A DNA stretch of 63,705 nt, the filler included, from Octopus bimaculoides (taxonomy: Eukaryota): the NCBI RefSeq assembly GCF_001194135.2. It is 5 parts of 5 records of this genome, joined end to end, with 100 filler letters (N's around TTAATTAATTAA, not from the genome) between each part and the next. Parts side by side here need not be neighbours in the genome. Positions count along the whole stretch, not along the records: positions 38,381 to 56,688 come from NC_069000.1; positions 56,789 to 62,431 come from NW_026341873.1; 3 more parts are not named here. One strand, given 5' to 3'. Below the pieces are notes generated by a model that was given only the letters and a program-made list of their open reading frames with translations, searched no databases and was not told the DNA's origin. The translations under genes were made by a program, and so were the position numbers. This document shows, one piece after another, positions 51,860 to 62,530 of the stretch; the first letter of the stretch is position 1, and the number at the start of each line of letters is the position of its first letter.

Positions 51860-52078
51860 ACCTTAGCATTCAGGTTGTTCTGCCAAATGTAATGCTTATT
51901 TATTCACAATGTTTTCAATTGATCATGCATTACCTCAAAGCTTTGAGACTTCAATGATGTGGGTGCTTAGTTTTGAAATGAGATTGTCGAATAGGAGTGA
52001 GAGGCCAGATCTGGTTGGTTTTAATTTAAAACAGATAGACTATTGGGGCCAGATATGGCCAGTTTAAATACTAAAGGG
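51860..52078. mobile_element. Degenerate piggyBac-like MITE, third family
   Basis: Ends CCTTAGCATT... / ...AATACTAAAGGG|TCAA form partial inverted termini; TTAA sites decayed. Confidence 0.45.
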
Positions 52079-53124
52079 TCAAAATAGGTCTTCTGCCAAA
52101 AGGGTGTGCTCAGTGGGGCAAAAAACTAGCAGAGCAAACTGCAAATAAACCAGTAAAAGGCAACAGAGCATCTTTCCTGCCAAAAAAAAAAAATGTATCT
52201 TCAGGTTTTGGTGCTGAGATTTAAGATCACTGACACCTGTACACGAGGCTCAAGAAGAGAGAGCTAAATAATAATGAACAAGTGGTAAAGAACAGGTGTC
52301 AATAAAAAATAATGGTTAAAAGCAAATATTTTTTAAAAAATCAAGGAATATGATACTCATATTGATTTCAAATGGAAACGCAGGGCTCAAAAGGCTTTAA
52401 AATGATTAAAAAAAGAAAAGGTATAATTGACAACATTGATTGAAATATTTTGCTAGTAATTATTCAACCAACCCCACAGAGACGGAAGTAAGAGGTTACA
52501 CTGACAGGATATGAACCGAGAACCAAGACCAAAAATTAATTACAGTAATGCATCTGGTCCATTGATCATCTCTCATGGTCATTCTACAATCAAATAGAGT
52601 TTTCTTTTATTTTAATTAATTATTACTATTTTTTTAATTTAATTTTATTAGTTCTGTAATATGAACCAAATACTCATATTGCTAATTAAACAACACACAG
52701 AAGGAAAAAAACAGAAAAGAAAAGAATCAAAGATTATTATTTGACAAGATCCATAGCAAAGAATTAGACCAGAAATTTGTCTGTCTGCTAACAGAAGAAA
52801 TGGTTGAAATACATCAAAGAGAATGCTGGGAAAATGAAGAGGAATCCAGGACAAGAGCACAAGACTGCAATTAGTAACATTATTGATTTGAACAGAAAGA
52901 AAATGAGAAAAAAGGAGGTCACATAGTGATTAGCTAGAGTTATGGTTCTCAGTAAAACTAATTAAGATATTTCAATTATTGGAATGACAAAGGATCAATA
53001 AATATCTACAATACACAATAGCAAAATTAATTTGTGATCAAAAATATATAATATTCAACTTGATTGTCTTTCCTACGCAAACACACACACTACACAAATA
53101 TAGGTGCAAGCAAAAAAAATAAAT

Positions 53125-53174
<50 letters not shown>

Positions 53175-53275
53175 CGTAGGAGTGGCTGTGTGGTAAGTAG
53201 CTTGCTTATGAACCACATGGTTCTAGGTTCAGTCCCACTGCGTGGCAACTTGGGCAAGTGTCTTCTACTATAGCT

Positions 53276-53465
53276 ACAAAAAGAGCACTGCTGATGGTGC
53301 CATAGTACACTCTGCAAAGTGGTTGTCATTACGAAGGGCATCCAGCTGTAGAAACCAGCCAAAACAGACTATGGAACTTGGTGCAGCTCCTGATCTAGCC
53401 AGTTCCTGACAAACTGTGCAACCCATGCCAGGATGGAAAATGGACATTAAATGATGGTGGTGTGG
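53276..53465 (+). repeat. Interspersed repeat family D (AAGGGCATCCAGCTGTAGAAA...CCATGCCAGCATGGAAAA.GGACATTAAATGATGATG), probably a SINE/LINE 3' module
   Basis: Related segments at about 5395-5512(+), 5945-6125(-), 6410-6545(-), 7140-7245(+) and 11420-11520(-). Confidence 0.7.
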
Positions 53466-54202
53466 GGAGATTTCAAGGTCATGGCACAATGTATACATTT
53501 GACAGTCCAACACTCACTGAACTGTACTGTACTGGCTGAACCCATTGAATAAACTACCTACTTACCCATGAGGTGATTTTGGATAAAGAGGGTCGACCAG
53601 TAATTTGCAGCTATTAGGATACAAGATGGGAGCTGACCAACCCTGGGAGGGTCAACTGGGAGAGAAGGTCTCATGTTGAAAGACCCGGAACACCCCACCC
53701 TGGAGACCCTAGCATGAGAACATCAGCAAGACATATCACAAATAAAAAATTTCATTAATGCTCCCACCCAAAACACCACTTTTAACAGTTTATTTACTAC
53801 CTTAGAAACACCAGATACCTCAATTCCTACAAATTCAATTTTAAAAACCCAAATAACTTGCTTGTAGTACATTATGGACCAATCGATTTATCAATCAATG
53901 CCAAACTGAAAAAAAATCATGGGAAATACCAGCGCTCTTTCTCTGCAAGAGATTTCATTTTATGGACAAACTACAGAAATAAGCAGGCAGCTTTGGATAA
54001 CAGACATTTAAATGAAGATAATGGTGCCGGTGGATTAAAGCTTGAACGACACTACTTCCAAATAAAATCCACCTTCCTGAGAAAAACGAACTCAAAAGGA
54101 ATCAAATTACTTCAAGTGTATTGAAATTTATACCAAATTTCAAGTACTTCCCTTGTTTCATATAAATATGAAATAGATCTGAGAGAAAGTGTGTGCGTGT
54201 AC

Positions 54203-54238
<36 letters not shown>

Positions 54239-56561
54239 AGTATTAGAGACAAAAGTTTTAGAAATATAAAGAAAAAAAGAAGAAAAATGGATCTTTATTA
54301 TTTATGGTTTTTCATAAACACAAACTAAAAATTTGAAAAGAGTAAACAGAGGTGGAGAGAAATAGTATCTGCCAATTTCTCTGCAAACAATAAATCTCCA
54401 TTAAGCTATTATACTTCATACATTGCCAAAATATTTATTCATAATATTTTATTTATTTAAAAATAATAATAATANNNNNNNNNNATAATAATAATAATAA
54501 TAATAATAATAGCAACAGCAACAACAGCAACAAAAATTCCAAGTGACTATGTAATACAATTATTTGATCTTTTTGGTATTTTTGTTGTCTTTTGCTGTTT
54601 ATTTTTGGAATAAAAAGCAAAAAGAAAGTTTAAGAAATGAAAAATGCACAGTAAATAAATAAATAAAAAAAAATTATCGATTGTTTTTTATTGTTTTTTT
54701 AAAAACTTTTTTAAGCAAGAATGAATACTTGTGACAATGATAAAATGAAAAGATTATATGGAAATATTTCATATCATTTCATTTTTACCACCATCACCGT
54801 CACTCTTGGAGACTTTTGATTCCTGAGAGAAGGATAACGGATTCATTTCACAACTGAATGTTCATTTTTTTTGGTCTGCTTTTCTTTTCTTTTTTATTCT
54901 TGCTATTAGTGCCAAGCACTACTTCAAAGCAGGATTAGACCAAATCTGGAAGATTTGAAGAGGTTTCAGTGGCACTCAGCCGTTGATTCTATGATTTAGA
55001 AAAACTGTAGAATTCAGTCAGCTGACCTGAGTATATTTTACCCACTTGAAAATATTCTATATTCATTCCATTTTCAGAATAATTAAAATGGAATAAATAT
55101 AAAACTTAATTTTAAAATATTTTATGATTCTTACAATATAAAACATATTTTTCAGGAATGTCAGTGACTGCCCATCATTATCATCATCATTATATATTTA
55201 TTATTACTATAATTATTATCATTTTTATTATTATTATTGACTGAGAGAGCAGTGCATGCCATCAAAGTGACCCTGGGGTAAAATATACGAAGCCCAGTAT
55301 ACCCATCATGACTACCCGTCTGATAAGGGTACACCAGGCACATGCATCACAACCATATGTGTGTGACATAGTGATCTAATAACAGGATAAACAGCGCATG
55401 ACCTTGCAGTAAGAATTTTCTTCAGGTAGAGTAGCCCATCCTGCTCGAAAGGTCCCTGAATAAGGATTGTTTAAGGATGATGAACAATACACTCATGTTT
55501 CTAAAGGTGAATTATCCAAACCCCAAAGAACTCCTCTCAATACATGGCTATGATGCTCCCCCACTACTTCTGCGAAAATTCCAACACCCAACACCCAAAT
55601 TTCTAGGTCATGTGCCTCCACTAGATACACTACACTTGGAGGGGTGGGGAGGGCCAGAATGGTCGTGGGTGAAATACCTTTAATAATAAGGTCTGCTTGA
55701 TCAGCGAAGGTGACATGGGGATTAAACCACGAAAACAACAAAGACAACAATGCTGAAGGAGTTGCAGCATAGTTTCCAGGTCGGTCATTTTGTTATTTCA
55801 AACACAAACACAGTAAGATATATAATACACTGTTAACAAAAGTAATCATCTCTCAACTCTTTTCTTCTTTCTTTCTCAATCTCCCCAACCTCCCCCCCTC
55901 CTCCTCCCCCTCTATCTCTCTCGTAAAGTAACTAGCATAGGCTGGCTGGCTGATAGTTCCAAATATTTGAACATCTGCCTGAACAAGTGTTTTGGCAACA
56001 AAGCTTGTCCTGATTACAGCCAGACAATTAAAGCCAGATATAGCAATGCTAGCTGGCATGTAAACATCTGGGGGAAGCAGCGGAGCTGTGGCCATGCAGA
56101 TTACTTTGATTCTGTGGCTGGCTGACATATTACAGCTGGAAGCTGTAGGTACAGCATGTCACGCTCTCTTGACAAGCGGACATTTAAGAACAACGATATG
56201 CAATATAAGCTCAGATGCATATGTACTGCACTGAATCTGTCTGTCTCTCTCTTTCTCTCTCTCTCTCACACACAAACACACTGTTAGGTTTGACTAAAAC
56301 AAGAGAAGACACCTTAATTAGCAAATGTCAAAAACTTCCTCGGTATATTAAAATATTTATAACAATCAACTAACTAAACGAAGGAGCATCGACAGGACTG
56401 TCTGACCTCCTAGAAACAGCAGTTAAACCTGCTGCAAATAACAACCCACAATCTTAAAAACAAGAGACGACGCACTGAATAATGCAATCTTAGATATAAT
56501 GTCTCTCTTAAGATAAGAGGGAGCTGGCCATAACTGGATTGACTTTGATTAAAGTGTTTAA

Positions 56562-56688
56562 CCCTTTCAACCACATTTCAACCGGCCATAACCAGCCCCA
56601 ATATATTCTTTGTGTTTTATGCTGAAACTGAACTGGCCATAACCAGCCCCAATATATTCTGCGTTTTATGCTAAAACTGACAAGATCC
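56562..56688. mobile_element. piggyBac-like MITE left end with an internal ~50-bp tandem duplication, cut by a gap
   Basis: TTAA|CCCTTTCAACC; GGCCATAACCAGCCCCAATATATTCT...GTTTTATGCT.AAACTGA occurs twice. Confidence 0.5.
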
Positions 56689-56844
56689 NNNNNNNNNNNN
56701 NNNNNNNNNNNNNNNNNNNNNNNNNNNNNNNNTTAATTAATTAANNNNNNNNNNNNNNNNNNNNNNNNNNNNNNNNNNNNNNNNNNNNTATATATATATA
56801 TATATATATATACGCATAAATATACATATATATATCTATTTACG

Positions 56845-56888
<44 letters not shown>

Positions 56889-57780
56889 TACACTCATAAA
56901 TATCCATATACATACACATATATATATATATACACACATATATTACATTACGAAAACTTGGCTGCATGGTTAAGTTTGCTTTGCAACTATGTGGCTGCAG
57001 GTTCGATCCAACAGACAACAAATTGGATAAGTGACTTCTACTGTACTTTCGAACTGATTAATAACTTGTGAATAAAATTTGGTAGACTGAAATAATTTTG
57101 ACTGACGCGTGTGCGTGTTTACAGTATAAAAAGCCGGTTTTGTTTATATTTGTATCATTTTATACTACGTAACATAGCATATAAACATAAAGATTGAAAT
57201 ATCTGGATAAGATACGATTAACTAAAATATTTTGAGACAGTTAACCTAAAACTAATAGAAAGAATAAAAGAAAAATATAAAGTATAAAGAATAATAAAGA
57301 AATAATAAATAAATGTTTGGAGAATGTTGTGAAGTGTGTACATAGCGATGAGTCACCTTCTTAAATATGCAGTCTAATTACAAGTGCGTGACTTGTAAAT
57401 TGCATGTTTGAAAGGGACAATGTGGAATCAGAATGATTATGCAAATTTAGATTTTTCGATTTAATGATCACGTATTGGCAGATATGCTCTGAACATTTCA
57501 TTTAGACGTGTAACAAAATAATTTATTGCGATTTCTCAAGAACAGTCGTAGTATGGTGAATAACATGATTTAAGGTTCAGTTTACTTCCAAGAATAAATA
57601 ACCGAAAGGCAAGAATTTATTTAGATATTTTTATCTCAGACTAACATAGTTCCTTGGATTCTCGTATTTTCTTTGGAAATGAATCACCTTGCACGTACGC
57701 ATGCACACCCAAAGAGACCTACGCACACACCTACATACATGCGTGTATATTAAAGTAAAACACAGTATGTTGTATAAGTG

Positions 57781-57906
57781 TGATTGTAAATGTATGATTG
57801 CAAACGTGTGATTGCAAACGTGTGACTGCAAACGTGTAACTGCAAACGTGTAACTGCAAACGCGTAATTGCAAACGTGTAATTTCAAACGTGTAATTGCA
57901 AACGTG
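57781..57906. repeat. Minisatellite, 9 x 14 bp (T[GA]A[TC]TGCAAACGTG)
   Basis: Units read in register from 57781 to 57906. Confidence 0.92.
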
Positions 57907-57956
57907 TAAATATGTGTATATATATGAGTATATGTATAAGTGTATAAATATAATGC

Positions 57957-57994
<38 letters not shown>

Positions 57995-57997
<3 letters not shown>

Positions 57998-58494
57998 GAA
58001 TTTACAAAAAAAAAAGACGAAAACGGGTGTGTTAGTTTAACGCTCGGAAAGTGAGTAAGTCTTTTACGTTTCGAGCCTACGCTCTTCAACAGAAAGGAAC
58101 ACAAAAATAAACAGGGAGAGAAAATAGAAAAAGGTTTAGTGGCTAACGATTTATCATGGAGAATGCCAGACAGAAGGGTCACACAGGAGAGCTAGGAAGA
58201 AGTAGTGGTGATCGCAAAACGAAGGTGCGCGTGAGTATGTATATGCCTGTGGAAGGGGGCTGGTGACATTGACGTGTGCGTGTGTGCACGTGTAGGTGTG
58301 TGGATGATGGTGTAGGTGCTGAGAAGTGGTCAGTGCTAGTGTGCGCTGCTGAGGGTACTGTGAAGTGGTCAGTGCTAGTGTGTGCGGGGTGGTGTGATGA
58401 GGTGTGGTATGGTGGTGTGCGGTGTGGTGGCGTGATGTGGTGGTGTTGGGGTGTAGAGAGGCGAGAGTGGGGGAAGCAAGGGTGGGGTCTATAT
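57995..58494 (-). mobile_element. Penelope-like terminal-repeat fragment with a hammerhead motif, running into an assembly gap
   Basis: Homologous to the copies at 11.8 and 39.2 kb; internal duplication of GAAGTGGTCAGTGCTAGTGTG at about 58323 and 58362. Confidence 0.55.
58060..58097 (-). ncRNA. Minimal type-I hammerhead ribozyme motif (A6U core variant)
   Basis: CCUUU-CUGUUGA-A-GAGC(GUAG)GCUC-GAAAC-GUA-AAAGA; GUA cleavage triplet. Confidence 0.68.
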
Positions 58495-60724
58495 NNNNNN
58501 NNNNNNNNNNNNNNNNNNNNNNNNNNNNNNNNNNNNNNNNNNNNNNNNNNNNNNNNNNNNNNNNNNNNNNNNNNNNNNNNNNNNNNNNNNNNNNNNNNNN
58601 NNNNNNNNNNNNNNNNNNNNNNNNNNNNNNNNNNNNNNNNNNNNNNNNNNNNNNNNNNNNNNNNNNNNNNNNNNNNNNNNNNNNNNNNNNNNNNNNNNNN
58701 NNNNNNNNNNNNNNNNNNNNNNNNNNNNNNNNNNNNNNNNNNNNNNNNNNNNNNNNNNNNNNNNNNNNNNNNNNNNNNNNNNNNNNNNNNNNNNNNNNNN
58801 NNNNNNNNNNNNNNNNNNNNNNNNNNNNNNNNNNNNNNNNNNNNNNNNNNNNNNNNNNNNNNNNNNNNNNNNNNNNNNNNNNNNNNNNNNNNNNNNNNNN
58901 NNNNNNNNNNNNNNNNNNNNNNNNNNNNNNNNNNNNNNNNNNNNNNNNNNNNNNNNNNNNNNNNNNNNNNNNNNNNNNNNNNNNNNNNNNNNNNNNNNNN
59001 NNNNNNNNNNNNNNNNNNNNNNNNNNNNNNNNNNNNNNNNNNNNNNNNNNNNNNNNNNNNNNNNNNNNNNNNNNNNNNNNNNNNNNNNNNNNNNNNNNNN
59101 NNNNNNNNNNNNNNNNNACTGGTGGGTGACCATAGCTGTGAGCAGTAATCCAGGCGGCTGAGGACGAATGTCCTCCAGAGGACCATCATGCTTTCCTTAT
59201 CTCTGGTTCTGAATGTTCTCAGGATCCATCCAGCCAGTCGTCTGCACTTTGTCGCCATCCTGGTAATGTGCACTTAGAAAGAGGTATCATCACTCATGTC
59301 GATACCCAGGTCCCTCACTGATTTAGGCTCTGGGATTGAAATTCCCTGCGGACCAGTGTACTCTGTAAGTTTCATATTCAGTTTTGGACGCTGGTAGTGC
59401 AGGGCTTGGAATTTTTCAGCATTAAACTGCATATTATTATCCTCAACCCATCTGTAAATTGAGTCCTACTCCTGCTGCAGATGTGAAACATCAGTGGGGT
59501 TCTGTATTTTCTGCGAGACTTTCGTATCGTCTGCGTAGCTTGTAAGGGTGGCTATTCGGGTACTTGAGGGCATATCTGAGCGGGCAGTGGTCCCAAGACA
59601 GTGCCCTGTGGAACACCGCTCACTATTTGTGATTTCATTGAGGTGGTTCCATTAGCCACTACTGCATGACTTCTATCTTTCAGAAAGTCATGTAACCACT
59701 CTCCAAGTTTTCCAGCTATGCCAAGATTACGCAGTTTGTGGCATATCATACTTTGATCCACTTTGTCAAAAGCTTTTGCAAAATCAAGGTATATTACGTC
59801 CAAATTTCAGTAACTGCCTCAACACCCAGTCATAATGTTGTAAGTGCTAGGTCAGGCAGCTCCTAATTGGTCGAAAGCCATGCTGGGTATCACTCAGCAA
59901 GTTATTTTCTTCAAGGAATGCGATTAGTTTTTCTCTGACTATCCCTTCCATGACTTTGCTGATGTGTGAAGTCAGAGAGATAGGCCAATAGTTTTTGGCA
60001 TCTGCTCTGCTTCTGCCTTTATGGATTGGGAATATTATTCCCCCCCCCTTCAGCTTGCTTGGCAGTCTGCCATTTTCAAGAAAACTCTGGAAGAGGATCT
60101 GGAGGGGTTTTGCCAGGGCATGCTTACACGATTTGAGGAGGATTGCTGGAAAACCATCAGGATCAGCAGTTGAGTTTGTGTCCACTTCATGTATAGCTAG
60201 TAGTACATCCTCTTCGCTAATGTTGATGTATTCCATCGTAACTGCCTCACTGGTTATAGGGGAGGTAGCAAAGAAGTCCACTGATTCGTTCACTTGTCTG
60301 TGTTCCAAAGGGGTGGTGAAGACACTTTTGAACTGGTCTTTCAGTACCTCACTGATCTAGTTGGACTGTCTGTGAAGGAGCCATCCTTTTCGAAGAGGGG
60401 TCCTATCTTGCAGCGTAGAGGCTGTTTCTTTCTCGTAATGAAAGAATGCCTTTGGGCTTGGGTTATAAATGTTTTTTATAACCCAAGCTTCTTTGTCTGC
60501 TCTCTCCCTCATATAGGCTTGTTGCAGCCTTTTTTCAATCTCCATCAGTGTCGTTTTTAGGCGGGACCTTTCGCTACTTTTGGGATGCTGGTTGATCAAT
60601 TTGCAACCTTCGTCTGTCGTCTCATGAGGATCTTCCTCTCCCTTGGAATCTTGTTCCTATTTGTTTTGGCCTTGTGCTCTGGGACATATTTCTGGCATAT
60701 GGTTTGCACAATAGATATAAAACA

Positions 60725-61675
60725 TTATAGTTTCATGTTAATGTCTGGTGTGGAGAGACCTTTTGGCCAAACCTCTCTGGGGATCTCTTTCTGAATCGAT
60801 TTCCAGTCCGCTTTGTGGAAGTTCAGATTGGAGAGATTTTGGGTGCTTCCTTTAGGCTGTATGTCTCTGGTTTCTTTTGGCCCAGACATAGACAGCTCTA
60901 TTATGTTGTGATCCGAAACTAATGTCGCCGTCACTTTCACATCATGAATGATGTCCGTATTGTTCGTGAAGCAGAGATCCAGAATGCTATTCGCTCTAGC
61001 TGGTCTGAGAACAGCTTGCTCCATGAATAGGGCATTGGTGAGGTTGAGCAGGGACTCCACCTGTGCTTGCTTTCGATGAGTCATTCCTGGGAGTGTGAGA
61101 CCTTCGGGCCATTTGACGTTGGAGAAGTTAAAATCACCCTTAAGAAATATGGTCATGTGGTGTTCCAGTTTCATGAGAATCTCTTTAATTCTTGTGAGGC
61201 AATCTTCAAATTTGCCTATGTGGTTTGGAGCATCCGGTGGGCAATATGTATTGCATATGACTATATTATGTTGTCTTATGTATACAATTAGAGTATCACA
61301 TACCGAATTTGAGTATGACAGTATGACCTGGGGTGTGAGGTCGTCACGGATGTATACAGCAATTCCACCATGGCTCCTTTCCCTTCTGTCTGTTCGCAGT
61401 ATGACATATTTTGGTACATGTACTTCTGCATCCTCTATATCAGGGCTGAGGTGAGTTTCCACGAGTGCTATGCATAGGGCTTGATTGCATGCAGCAAGGT
61501 CTCTCAGGAAAGAAATTTTGCTTTTATTATTATAATGTAACAGGCCCCCAATATTTAGTAAAAATATTGGCGTGATGATTGTGCAGGCGTTAGGGGAGGT
61601 CATCCCATGTCTGTTGACTGTGGTGGTCTTGCGCAGTGGTGGGCAAGGTTCCTTGTCTGTGCTTGGTGTAGCCAC
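60725..61675 (-). pseudogene. LINE ORF2 N-terminal APE-type endonuclease segment (open for 316 aa, then disrupted)
   Basis: See the LINE feature; ORF track 60725..61675. Confidence 0.85.
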
Positions 61676-62345
61676 GTCAGCTGCTGCACAATCTTTTGCG
61701 CCATGTACAAAAAAGACTCTTGCTCAGCTGCTGTGTTGTGCATAATCTCTGAAGAGCGCACTTCTTTGGTGAATTTTTTCCTTGGAGACATTTGTTGTCT
61801 TTCCACAGGGAAGTTTTTCTCCTTAAGGCTTTTGTAGTTTTGGCGGGGTGTCGGGTGGGAAAACTGGCAGTTTTTGCCGTCTTCCCCATGCCAACATTTG
61901 CTTTGCAGGTAAAATTTGCAGGTTCCTGAGTGCTTTCCAAATTTCTTCTTTCCTGTAGGGTTTTGGATGGCATTGGATCCTCCTTGGGGTTTTCTGTTTT
62001 TTGTTTGGTGGATTGGGGTATCAGTTTTGGTTGTTTCATTTTTGCATTTTCCTTTTCCTTCCTTTCCATCTTTATGCTTGTGTTCCGTCCTTCCTTTTCT
62101 TGTGGTGGGAACTTTTTTCCTCTGGTTGTCCAATGGTGTGAGGGCTCCTTTCCTTTGTACGACCAGGGGCTTCTAGTTGCTGCTTCCTTGGCTCCACTAT
62201 CCTTTTCTGCCTGATCGTTCACAGGGGTGGGTGATCCATTCTTTTGAGGAACCTCTGGATCAAAGAGACTTCCGGTTGAAGTTTCCTCTTCATCTTCCCC
62301 AACCTTCTCAGCCTTTCCACAATAGCTTTCTATTATGACATCCAG
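61600..62345 (-). pseudogene. LINE ORF1 remnant (frameshifted) with a CCCH zinc finger
   Basis: Lys-rich segment followed by CKFYLQSKCWHGEDGKNCQFSHP (C-x7-C-x7-C-x3-H, 61920-61852). Confidence 0.65.
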
Positions 62346-62400
62346 GGTGTCAATGTGTGATCTGATGGGTGTATAGGATCGGATATATATACATATATAT

Positions 62401-62431
<31 letters not shown>

Positions 62432-62530
62432 NNNNNNNNNNNNNNNNNNNNNNNNNNNNNNNNNNNNNNNNNNNNTTAATTAATTAANNNNNNNNNNNNN
62501 NNNNNNNNNNNNNNNNNNNNNNNNNNNNNN

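Larger units (their letters stand above)
59119..62345 (-). mobile_element. Decayed non-LTR retrotransposon (CR1/L2-group LINE): ORF1 + APE endonuclease + reverse transcriptase; 3' end lost in a gap
   Basis: APE motifs IALVETHL, GGIAVY, FLKGDFNF, ILDLCFT, SDHNII (ORF 60725..61675); RT motifs YWPISLTSHISKVME, QHGFR, YLDFAKAFDKVD, SGVPQGTVLGP, SYADDTK (about 59521-59540), SRLDYCSQLWSP; broken by several frameshifts and stops. Confidence 0.93.

Noticed and set aside
53858-54124. 88-aa + strand ORF (and open stretches at about 52686-52872, 41021-41073 and 54911-55000)
   Set aside because: No recognisable homology, weak or missing splice partners; left unannotated.
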